DNA from: an uncultured delta proteobacterium
GTDB lineage: Bacteria; Myxococcota; Myxococcia; Myxococcales; Myxococcaceae
Assembly: GCA_963771175.1 (NCBI GenBank)
Contig: CAVYSY010000030.1
Coordinates: 230,678-294,677, forward strand
Length of the DNA: 64,000 nucleotides
Reading direction: 5' to 3'
Below the pieces are notes generated by a model. The model made no database searches, was not told the origin of the DNA, and saw only the letters and a program-made list of their open reading frames with translations. Shown here piece after piece: positions 33,260 to 48,874 of this stretch (within the stretch, counting starts at the first letter, position 1; each line of letters opens with the position of its first letter). The translations under genes and the position numbers were made by a program.

Positions 33260-34801
33260 ATGAGTGAGCCAGTGAAGGAGGAGTCGGGCAAGGCGCGGGT
33301 CCTGAGCGGCATTCCGCGCCTGGACTTCATCCTCAAGGGCGGCTTCAAGCCGGGCAACACCTACACCGTGATGGGGCCGCCGGGCAGCGGGAAGACCATC
33401 TTCGCCAACCAGATGTGCTTCAACCACATCGCGATGCAGGACGGGCGGTGCGTCTACATGACGCTGCTCGTCGAGAGTCCCGCGAAGATGCTGGCGCACC
33501 TCTCCGCGATGAGCTTCTTCACGCACGAGTACATCCCCGAGCGGCTCTTCTACGTCAGCGGCTACCAGGAGGTGCGCCGGGAGGGCTTCACCGGACTGCT
33601 GGAGCTCATCCGCCACACGCTGCGCGAGCGCCGGGCGACCCTCTTCGTCATCGACGGGATGGAGAGCGCGGAGCAGTTCGCCAACGATCCCCGGGCCTAC
33701 CGGGAGTTCATCCACTCGCTCCAGACCGCCGCCAGCCTGCTGGGCTGCACCACCCTGCTGCTCTCCATCCTGCGCGGGCGCTCGCACCTGGAGAACGCCC
33801 TGGTGGACGGCGTCATCGAGCTGTCCGACCAGCTCATCGGTCCCCGGGCGGTGCGCGAGCTGACGGTGCACAAGTTCCGCGGCAGCGACTACCTCCGGGG
33901 GCGCCACGAGGTGGCGATCACCAACGATGGGTTGGTCATCCACCCGCGCACGGAGGTGCAGTTCAGCAAGCCGCCCGAGCAGGCGTACGAGCAGCGCGTC
34001 CGCATGGGCTTCGGCCTGCCGCCGCTGGACGAGATGCTCGGAGGGGGACTGCCCTCGGGCTCCACCACCGCGCTGGTGGGGGCGCCGGGGACGGGCAAGA
34101 CGCTGCTGGGGCTCTCCTTCCTGGTGGAGGGGGCCCGTCAGGGCCAGCGTGGCACCTACTTCGGGTTCTACGAGCCGCCGCCTCGCCTCATCGAGAAGGC
34201 CGAGAACGTGAGCATCCCCCTGGAGCGGTACGTGAAGGACGGCCGCATCGAGCTGGTCTGGCAGCCACCGCTCGAGCACTTCATGGACTCGCTGGCGGAG
34301 CAGCTCCTGGAGAAGCTGCGGCTCGAGGAGAAGACGGAGCGCCGGCGCCTGGTCATCGACGGGGCCGAGGGCTTCCGCGCGGCGGCGGTGTACGCGGACC
34401 GCATCCCCCGCTTCCTGTCGGCCCTCACCAACCAGCTCCGCATGCAGGACGTGACCACCGTCATCACCGACGAGCTGCAGCTCTTCAAGTCCGAGTCGGA
34501 CCTGCCCACCCCCGAGCTGGCCAACGTGGTGGAGACGGTGCTGGTGCTGCGCTACCTGGAGGTGCGCTCGCGGATGTACCGGCTGCTCTCCATCATGAAG
34601 ATGCGCGAGAGCGCCTACGACAGCTCGTTGCGCGAGTTCCGCATCACCTCCCAGGGCATCGACGTCGCCGGCTCCTTCGAGAGCGCGGAGGCCCTCCTCG
34701 GCGGGCACGGGCGCCTGCGCAACGGGCACGGCGAGGCGGCCCGGAAGAAGGCGGCCCCGCGCGCGGGGCGGACGCGCAAGGGCGGCGGGAAGAAGCGGTG
34801 A
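33260..34801 (+). CDS. KaiC/RAD55-like double-domain ATPase
   Basis: Two Walker A motifs (GPPGSGKT, GAPGTGKT), HKFRGS, MKMRES. Confidence 0.88.
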   Translation: MSEPVKEESGKARVLSGIPRLDFILKGGFKPGNTYTVMGPPGSGKTIFANQMCFNHIAMQDGRCVYMTLLVESPAKMLAHLSAMSFFTHEYIPERLFYVSGYQEVRREGFTGLLELIRHTLRERRATLFVIDGMESAEQFANDPRAYREFIHSLQTAASLLGCTTLLLSILRGRSHLENALVDGVIELSDQLIGPRAVRELTVHKFRGSDYLRGRHEVAITNDGLVIHPRTEVQFSKPPEQAYEQRVRMGFGLPPLDEMLGGGLPSGSTTALVGAPGTGKTLLGLSFLVEGARQGQRGTYFGFYEPPPRLIEKAENVSIPLERYVKDGRIELVWQPPLEHFMDSLAEQLLEKLRLEEKTERRRLVIDGAEGFRAAAVYADRIPRFLSALTNQLRMQDVTTVITDELQLFKSESDLPTPELANVVETVLVLRYLEVRSRMYRLLSIMKMRESAYDSSLREFRITSQGIDVAGSFESAEALLGGHGRLRNGHGEAARKKAAPRAGRTRKGGGKKR

Positions 34802-34984
34802 GGACCCCTCCTGGCCGTCGAGGACGGATAGAGGAGGCGGCGCACACACCGTGACCCTCGACGGAGTGACGTTCCCTCTACTCCAGGTGTCCGCGAGCCC
34901 CCGCGATTGACGGGCATGTCATGGCTCCCCTGTAATTTCGGGTTGTGCTCCCGGCGCGCGGGAGCCATGGCCAGGAGTCTCCAT

Positions 34985-36436
34985 ATGACGCGCTCGGCGG
35001 TCCTGCTGCTGTTCGTGTTCCTCTCAGGGTGCAGCGCCTCAACGAGGGGCGTCGTCCGGTTGGACACAGGCCAGGGCGAGCCCATCGTCCACACTCCGCG
35101 CCGCGACGTGGAGCCGGTGGAGGTGAGCGAAAAGGAGTTCAAGAAGGCCGTCGCGCAACATGCCCCCGCTGTGTCTCCAGTGGAGCGGCCTCTGGAGCAC
35201 GCCCGGCAGCTGTTCGGAGTGCCCGAGCGAAGCGGCTGGTACCGGTACGAGGGCAGGAGCCAGCGCCTCATGGCCTCGGAGCCGGGGAGCACCAGGAACC
35301 TGCGCCTATTGCCCGAGGACGAGGAGCTCAAGCGCCGCTACCTGCTGTGGTGCGAGCAAGGGTGGGGAGGCGGGGATTGCCTGCGCCTGCTCGTGGACAA
35401 GCCCTTCCTGGATGGGGATGCCAGGTACGCGCTGGCCATGGCCATCGCCCAGAGCAAGGTGCTGGGGGCCATGAAGGAAGAACTCGCCCGGCAGGTGAGC
35501 CCCCAGGCGGTGATGGCCACAGTCGTCGGTGGCCTGACCATGTACGCGATCTTGCTCGCGCTGCCCGAACCGGTGAGCAAGGGCATCGCCGCGCTGCTGA
35601 CGGCGGGGGCCATGGCGTACCTGGGCTGGGACATGGTGTGGCGGCTCATCGACGGGTGGCTGGTGCTGATGAAGGAAGTGGATGAGGCCACCACCTTCGA
35701 CGCCATCTACGCCTCCGGAGAGAAGTTTGGGGACACGATGGGAGAGAAGGCGGCGCGAGCCTTCGTCATGCTGGCGATGGTGGCCATGGGGAACACGGCT
35801 TCGGGGATGGCGGCGACGCTGCCGAAGTTGCCTGGGGCCGGGCAGGCGGCGGTGGTGGCCGAGACGCAGCTGAACATCCGCTTCACGGCTCCTGCTCTGG
35901 CTCAGGTGGAGTCGGTCGCCCTCAGCGCCGAGGGCGTCACCATCGCGCTGGCCCCCAACGCAGTGGCCATGGCGGCGCGGGGTAGCGGAGGCAGCAATGC
36001 TGGCGCGCAGGTTCAGCCGCCCCGCTCCGGTGGCCCGGGTCAATGGGTCCAGGTGGACGAGTACATGTCCGAGAGCGCCCGGAACTATCAAGCCCAGGTG
36101 ACGGGGGCACCCAAGGGCTACGCCTACCGCGTCAAATCGGGTGACAAGGAAGTGGACTTCGATGGCTTCGACCAGGGGGTTCTCCTCGAGGCCAAGGGCC
36201 CCGGCTACGCGCAGTGGATCAACAAGAAGCTGGAATTTTTCGGGAGCTTCGAGGGTCGCAACCAAATGCTTGAGCAGGCGAGGCGCCAGGACAAAGCCGC
36301 CAATGGAACACCCATCCGGTGGATCGTCGCAGAAGAGAAACTCGCGGGTGCACTCAGGAAGTTGTTTGAGGGATACGGCCTCCCGATTGAGGTCGTTCAT
36401 GTTTCTCCGGCTCCACGAGGAGTAGCCGTTCAATGA
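34985..36436 (+). CDS. SitA5-like polymorphic lipoprotein toxin with Tox-REase-5 tip
   Basis: Lipobox LSGC, VVRLDTGQG, PEPVSKG; tip MSESARNYQAQVTG...VDFDGF...LLEAKGPGY...IRWIVAE. Confidence 0.85.
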   Translation: MTRSAVLLLFVFLSGCSASTRGVVRLDTGQGEPIVHTPRRDVEPVEVSEKEFKKAVAQHAPAVSPVERPLEHARQLFGVPERSGWYRYEGRSQRLMASEPGSTRNLRLLPEDEELKRRYLLWCEQGWGGGDCLRLLVDKPFLDGDARYALAMAIAQSKVLGAMKEELARQVSPQAVMATVVGGLTMYAILLALPEPVSKGIAALLTAGAMAYLGWDMVWRLIDGWLVLMKEVDEATTFDAIYASGEKFGDTMGEKAARAFVMLAMVAMGNTASGMAATLPKLPGAGQAAVVAETQLNIRFTAPALAQVESVALSAEGVTIALAPNAVAMAARGSGGSNAGAQVQPPRSGGPGQWVQVDEYMSESARNYQAQVTGAPKGYAYRVKSGDKEVDFDGFDQGVLLEAKGPGYAQWINKKLEFFGSFEGRNQMLEQARRQDKAANGTPIRWIVAEEKLAGALRKLFEGYGLPIEVVHVSPAPRGVAVQ

Positions 36437-37155
36437 TAGAAACCTATTACGCGGGCTCCTATTGGCTCGCCCGGTCCGAATCCGCTGAGGCTTGTGCACG
36501 CCGCGCAGAGCGTTTCTTCCACCTCCTGGGGCGCTGCGACCCGGCGTGGAACCGCTGGTACCAGTCGGCAAACTCCTTCGAGGAGGCGCGCAAACGCCAG
36601 TTCACTCCAAACGCCGCGAGCTTCCAGAAGCTGTTCGGAAATCAGGAGAAGCGCGGCGATGATGAGTTCTCGTTCCACTTGTGGACGGGCGACAGCCAGG
36701 AAGAAACCTCCTCCGCTGGAGCGGCGTGCGGTTCAGCTGCCCCCCGGCCTCCTTCTGCCTGCGTGCTCAAGCCCTTCGATGAAGGTCCTGTCGGGGAACG
36801 GATGCTGACTGCTCCTGTGATGACCGAGGTATTGCGTGCCATGGCCCTGGCCTGGGAGCCGGAGTGGGGAGTGGCTACATCTGAGGCGCACCGGCAGATG
36901 GCCGTGAAGGGGTTCCCCCATCCAGGCACCTTCGTGGGCTGGGTGATGTACTTCTCGCTGCTGCGCGGCGCGGTGCCCCCACTGCCAGCCCCCGTGCGTA
37001 TCGAGCCCGTGGAGGACAGAGGCACCCTCGTCATCCTCACCCCCGAGCGGTTCAGCGCTTCCAACCTGGAGCACGTAGCGCTGGCCGCTCGCGTCCACGA
37101 GCTGCTGGACCGGGCCGGACTGCTGCGGCCATTGCAGCCCTGGCCGGCAGGTTGA
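36433..37155 (+). CDS. Imm52-family immunity protein
   Basis: ATGA overlap with toxin; MIETYYAGSYW..R.ES, AWEPEWG, VGWVMY, RIEPVEDRGTLVILTPERF. Confidence 0.8.
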   Translation: MIETYYAGSYWLARSESAEACARRAERFFHLLGRCDPAWNRWYQSANSFEEARKRQFTPNAASFQKLFGNQEKRGDDEFSFHLWTGDSQEETSSAGAACGSAAPRPPSACVLKPFDEGPVGERMLTAPVMTEVLRAMALAWEPEWGVATSEAHRQMAVKGFPHPGTFVGWVMYFSLLRGAVPPLPAPVRIEPVEDRGTLVILTPERFSASNLEHVALAARVHELLDRAGLLRPLQPWPAG

Positions 37156-37331
37156 CTGCGTGGCCGTAGCGACTCAGGTTCAGCGTCAGGCTGGAGGGGG
37201 GACCTATGCTGACGAGCGCAGGATCGCCTATGAGGCCTTGCGACGCGCAGGGCTGTCTCATGAAGAGGCGCAAGCGCAATCCCAGGAGTGAGAACTTGCT
37301 CGCTCCTGCTCAACGCCCTCTGGAGATGCCG

Positions 37332-38477
37332 TCAGCTCCGGCGGCGCATGTGCCGCGAGCCGATGAAGCTGGCGACGTGCTCGCTGAGGCGCGCCACCGC
37401 GAGCCCCACCACGTCCAGCAACCAGCGCTGCGGACCCGAGCGCGCACAGTCCTCCAGGCCCACCGGCCGCGAGAGGCTCATGTGCCGCTCCATCCAGCGA
37501 GTGGCCTGCGCCGCCACGCCCGCGTCGTCCACCTCCACCAGCGTCTCCAGGTTCACCAGGGAGAGCGGGTCGAGGTTGAAGCTGCCCACCAGCAGGCGCT
37601 GGCCGTCCACCACCGCCGCCTTGGCGTGCAGCGTGGTGTCCGTCCACTCGTGGATGTGCACGCCCCCGCGCAGCAGGGTGCGGTACAGGCGCATGGTGGC
37701 CGCGCGGGCGAAGGGCACGTCGCTGCGGCCAGCCAGCAACAGGTGGACCTCCACGCCCCGCCGCGCCGCGCGCTTGAGGGCGCGCACGAAGCGCTGGTCC
37801 GGCAGGAAGTACGCATGGGCCAGCACCACCCGCTGCTTTGCCTCCTTCAGGGCCGTGAGGTAGCGCCCCCGCAGGCGCCGCCCTCCTCCGAAGCCGGACA
37901 GGAGGATGCTCACCGGGCCCACGCTCAGCGAGGAGGCCCCGGCGGTGAGCCTCGCACCGAGCCGCGTGCAGATGTCGCCGCGCAATTCCAGCGCCAGGTC
38001 CGCCCACCCGGGCCGTCCCGCCTCGGCGGCGTAGTGGTCCCCGATGTTGATGCCCCCGAGGAAGGCCACCGTGTCGTCCACGAGGAGGATTTTGCGGTGG
38101 TTGCGCCAGAAGCGACCGTGGCAGACGGAGGTGAGGGGGTTGTGGATGCGGACCTGGATGCCGGCGGGGCGCAGGGTGTCCGCCAGCGCGCGGCTGTCTC
38201 TGATGGAGCCCCAGCCGTCCACGATGACCTTCACCTCCACGCCCCGGGAGGCCGCGGCGGTGAGGGCCGAGACGAAGCGCGAGCCCACGCCCTCGCGCTC
38301 GAAGGCGTACACCTCCAGGTGCACGCTCCGGGTGGCCGCGTCGATGGCCTCCAGCATGCGCGGGTAGGCATCGGCGCCGCCGTCGAGCAGCGTGATGCGC
38401 TGCCCCTGCGTCTCCGCGGACAGCAACTCCCGCACCCCTCGGGAGGAGGGGCGGGTCTCTCGGGCCTGGGCTTCCAT
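37332..38477 (-). CDS. clsB: Phospholipase D / cardiolipin synthase B-like
   Basis: Two HKD motifs (RNHRKILLVDD, LHAKAAVVDG), GSFNLDPLS. Confidence 0.85.
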   Translation of the reverse strand: MEAQARETRPSSRGVRELLSAETQGQRITLLDGGADAYPRMLEAIDAATRSVHLEVYAFEREGVGSRFVSALTAAASRGVEVKVIVDGWGSIRDSRALADTLRPAGIQVRIHNPLTSVCHGRFWRNHRKILLVDDTVAFLGGINIGDHYAAEAGRPGWADLALELRGDICTRLGARLTAGASSLSVGPVSILLSGFGGGRRLRGRYLTALKEAKQRVVLAHAYFLPDQRFVRALKRAARRGVEVHLLLAGRSDVPFARAATMRLYRTLLRGGVHIHEWTDTTLHAKAAVVDGQRLLVGSFNLDPLSLVNLETLVEVDDAGVAAQATRWMERHMSLSRPVGLEDCARSGPQRWLLDVVGLAVARLSEHVASFIGSRHMRRRS

Positions 38478-38502
38478 TCGTGTCCGCGGGAGTGACGGGC
38501 CG

Positions 38503-38700
38503 TCAGTCGTCGTGCTTACGCGCGCCCTTGCCCTTGCCCTTGTGACGGCACTTCTCCCCATCCCAGTACTGGCTGGGGTGGCAGTCGCGAGACTTCAGCT
38601 CGGACTTCTTCGTCCTGGGCACGTAGACGGTATCGCGGACCACGAGGCAACCGGGGAGGACGAACACGACGGCGGGAAGGAGGAAGAGGAGCTTTTTCAT
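38503..38700 (-). CDS. Small lipoprotein
   Basis: MKKLLFLLPAVVFVLPGC lipobox; CHPSQYWDGEKC; basic tail. Confidence 0.7.
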   Translation of the reverse strand: MKKLLFLLPAVVFVLPGCLVVRDTVYVPRTKKSELKSRDCHPSQYWDGEKCRHKGKGKGARKHDD

Positions 38701-38830
38701 GGCGTGCGCAGCGTAGCGGGAGCGTGGGCCCTGTCGCTCGGCCTTCTTGTGAACAACGATTTCTACCGCCTGGCTGTCTACACTCCGAGCAGGTCGACGC
38801 CTCGCGCTCGGATTCGGTAGCCTCCGGTCC

Positions 38831-39922
<1,092 letters not shown>

Positions 39923-39946
39923 CGCGCACGGCCCCGGAGACACACC

Positions 39947-40165
39947 ATGGGCAAGATTCTCACCGCGGTTCTGGGCATCGGCGTCGTCGTGGGCGCCGCG
40001 TACTACGCGCTCAACCACATGGGCAGCGCGGCCAACAGCGCGAGGGAGGGCACCAGCGCCCCCAAGCGGCAGCTCGACAACGTCCACCAGGCCGCCGATC
40101 GCATCGAGTCCGATGCGGAGAAGCGCGCCCAGGAACTGGACGAGAAGATGCAACTCGCCCAGTAG
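39947..40165 (+). CDS. Small membrane-anchored hypothetical protein
   Basis: GGAG RBS, N-terminal TM, helical tail. Confidence 0.65.
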   Translation: MGKILTAVLGIGVVVGAAYYALNHMGSAANSAREGTSAPKRQLDNVHQAADRIESDAEKRAQELDEKMQLAQ

Positions 40166-40186
40166 GCGCGCGTCTCGGGCGCGGGG

Positions 40187-40606
40187 CTACTTGCGGCGCG
40201 CGGCGCCGTTCTTCGCCGGGGCGCTCTTCTTCGCCGCCTTGGCGCCCTTGCCCTTCTTCTCGTGGCGCACGGTGACGATCGTCCCGATGCCGCCGCGCAC
40301 GAAGAAGTCACCCTCCACCGTGAGATGCCTCGGCTGGATGGCGCGCACGATGTCGTCGGCGATGGTGTTGGTCACCTTCTCGTGGAAGGCCCCCTCGTCC
40401 CGGTACGACCACATGTAGAGCTTCAGGCTCTTCAGTTCCACGCACAGCTCGTCCGGCACGTAGCGGATGCGGAACTTCGCGAAGTCTGGCTGCCCGGTCA
40501 GCGGGCAGAGGCACGTGAACTCCGGCACCTCGAACACGATCTCGTAGTCGCGCTCCTGGGCCGGGTTGGGGAAGGTCTTCAGTTCCTTGGAGGGCTGGGA
40601 AGGCAT
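40187..40606 (-). CDS. queF: preQ1 synthase (7-cyano-7-deazaguanine reductase)
   Basis: [32 protein letters not shown]. Confidence 0.95.
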   Translation of the reverse strand: MPSQPSKELKTFPNPAQERDYEIVFEVPEFTCLCPLTGQPDFAKFRIRYVPDELCVELKSLKLYMWSYRDEGAFHEKVTNTIADDIVRAIQPRHLTVEGDFFVRGGIGTIVTVRHEKKGKGAKAAKKSAPAKNGAARRK

Positions 40607-40776
40607 AGCGGGGTGTCGTCTAACACACACTGCGCGGATTGCAGCCTCTCCGTGGTGAACGCTCCCCCGCCAGCCAGGCGCCCCCGGGTGTCCGGGCCCC
40701 AACGCGCGGTGTGTTCAGGGGGAGGGGGCCGTCTTGCCCGCCCGGTGCGACCGGCGTACTCCAGAGCTTGCCTCGC

Positions 40777-42666
40777 ATGCTGCCCTCCGACTTTCAGGAC
40801 ATCCTCGCGTGCGTCCCCCAGGCCGTGGTCCGCCTCGGGCCGGATCTGCGCGTGGCGTGGCTGGAGCCGGACTTCTCCGCCAAGACGGGCGTGGCCCTGA
40901 AGGTGGGAGACCCGGTGCTGTCCGCCCTGGAGGGAGGCTGGGGGCGTGACTCGCTGGAGCGCGCCCTGCGCGAGGGCCGCGGCCACTCGGGTCATGTCAT
41001 CACCTCCGGCCTCAAGCAGATGCGCGTCCAGGCCCGCCCCTGCCGCTCGGGCGCGGAGCCCGGCGCCTGGCTCCTCTTCGAGCCCTCCGGCGCGGATGAC
41101 GACGTCGCCTTCGCCCAGGCCCTCCAGGAGATAGCCCGCGAGGTGGGCGAGACGCTGGACGTGGACAGCGTGTGCAAGGCCGCGGTGCTGGCCGTGGTGC
41201 GCTGCGCCCAGGTGCGCCGCGCCGAGGTGTACCTCGCGGAGGAGGGGCAGGCCCCGCGCCGGGTGGCCCTGTCCGACCTGGCCAACGCCGGCACCCTCGA
41301 GGACGCGCTCGAGGCGCACGCGGACTCCTTCGAGGCGGCGCTCGTCACCCGCCAGCCCCAGATTGGCGTCCAGCGGGGCTACGGCGACGCGGTGGGCTCC
41401 ATCTTCGCCGCGGTGCCCCTGCTGACCCCGCATCGCGCCGTGGGGCTGCTCGTCCTCTATAAGGAGCAGGGCACCTCCTTCTCCCTGCGCGAGCTGGATT
41501 TGTGGAGCGCCGCGGCCGGACAGGTGGCGGTGACGGTGGAGAACGCGCGCCTGCTGCGCGAGGCCCAGGCGGCCCTGCGGGTGCGCGAGGAGTTCATGTC
41601 CATCGCCTCGCACGAGCTGAAGACGCCCCTCACCCCGCTCAAGCTCACCCTCTACTCCATGGAGCGGCGCATCGCGCAGGGGCTGCCGGTGGACCTCTCC
41701 AGCGTCATCAAGTCCCGGCGGCAGGTGGACCGGCTGGCGGGGCTGGTGAATGACCTGCTGGACGCCTCGCGCCTGGAGCTGGGCCGGCTGTCGCTGCAGC
41801 CCGCGCCCCTGGAGCTGGGCCACCTGGTGGCCGAGGTGGTGGACCAGTTCCGCCTCGCCTTCGAGCGCCCCTTCACCCTGGAGGTGCCGCGCGAGCGCCT
41901 CTGGGTGCAGGGGGACCGGGACAGGTTGGAGCAGGTGCTCGTCAACCTGCTGGAGAACGCGCACAAGTACAGCCCCGCGGGAGAGACCATCACCGTGGAG
42001 GTGGAGGCGCGGGCCGGCGAGGCGCGCATCCACGTGAAGGACCGGGGCATCGGGATTCCGGCGCAGGACCAGGCGCGGCTCTTCCAGCGCTTCTACCGGG
42101 CGGGCAATGCCTCGCACCGCCACTTCGGCGGGCTGGGGCTGGGCCTCTTCATCAGTCACTCCATCGCTCGGCTGCACGGGGGCGCGCTGTCGCTGGCGAG
42201 CGTCGAGGGACAGGGCTCCACCTTCACCCTGGGCCTGCCGCGCATGTCCGCGCACGAGGAGCGTCAGCTTCCCCGCCGGGTGCTGCTGCTGGACGAGGAC
42301 GGGGCCCAGGAGGCGATGGCCGAGCGCGTGCTGCGCGCCGCGGGCTTCGAGGTGCTCACCGCGCACGAGGGCGTGGAGGCGCTGCGCCGGGTGTCGCACC
42401 TGCCGGTGGACCTGGTGCTGCTGTCGGCGAGCGCCCCGTCCACCCCGCTCGGCATCTTCCTGGTGGCCTTCGCGGAGCTGCCTCGCGCCCGGCCGGTTCC
42501 CATCGTGCTGGCCGGGGCCTCGCGGCCCGCCTGGGCCCAGCCGGACTCCGCCACTGTGCTCGCGGCCCTACCGGGAGGGGGAGCTGCTCTCCGCCGTGCG
42601 CGCCACGCTGGGCCTGCCGGTGGTACGGGTCTCCTCCCCTGGACCCCGTCCCCATGGAAGCCCTGA
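40777..42666 (+). CDS. GAF sensor histidine kinase with atypical receiver domain (3' frameshift)
   Basis: ASHELKTPLT, NLLENAHKYS, DRGIGI, GLGLGL; receiver-like LLLDED. Confidence 0.88.
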   Translation: MLPSDFQDILACVPQAVVRLGPDLRVAWLEPDFSAKTGVALKVGDPVLSALEGGWGRDSLERALREGRGHSGHVITSGLKQMRVQARPCRSGAEPGAWLLFEPSGADDDVAFAQALQEIAREVGETLDVDSVCKAAVLAVVRCAQVRRAEVYLAEEGQAPRRVALSDLANAGTLEDALEAHADSFEAALVTRQPQIGVQRGYGDAVGSIFAAVPLLTPHRAVGLLVLYKEQGTSFSLRELDLWSAAAGQVAVTVENARLLREAQAALRVREEFMSIASHELKTPLTPLKLTLYSMERRIAQGLPVDLSSVIKSRRQVDRLAGLVNDLLDASRLELGRLSLQPAPLELGHLVAEVVDQFRLAFERPFTLEVPRERLWVQGDRDRLEQVLVNLLENAHKYSPAGETITVEVEARAGEARIHVKDRGIGIPAQDQARLFQRFYRAGNASHRHFGGLGLGLFISHSIARLHGGALSLASVEGQGSTFTLGLPRMSAHEERQLPRRVLLLDEDGAQEAMAERVLRAAGFEVLTAHEGVEALRRVSHLPVDLVLLSASAPSTPLGIFLVAFAELPRARPVPIVLAGASRPAWAQPDSATVLAALPGGGAALRRARHAGPAGGTGLLPWTPSPWKP

Positions 42667-42759
42667 TGCTTCCGTGAGGGGCCTGGAACGGGCCCTCGCC
42701 CCGCTGTCCGCTCCCGGCGCCTCCGAGTTGCCCCTGTCCGGTCGATTGCTTCCCGGCAT

Positions 42760-42790
42760 GTGACGCGACGCACTAGACTCCCCGCGTCAC
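42760..42790 (+). promoter_or_regulatory. Inverted repeat GTGACGCG-N15-CGCGTCAC enclosing a -10-like TAGACT upstream of gltB
   Basis: Perfect 8-bp arms, ending 30 bp before the gltB ATG. Confidence 0.4.
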
Positions 42791-42820
42791 GCAACTTCAC
42801 TCGCCGAGAGGGGCGCACTG

Positions 42821-47405
<4,585 letters not shown>

Positions 47406-47408
47406 GCC

Positions 47409-48872
<1,464 letters not shown>

Positions 48873-48874
48873 CA

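Noticed and set aside
33260..34801. Circadian clock locus
   Set aside because: No kaiA or kaiB; KaiC-like ATPases are widespread signalling proteins.
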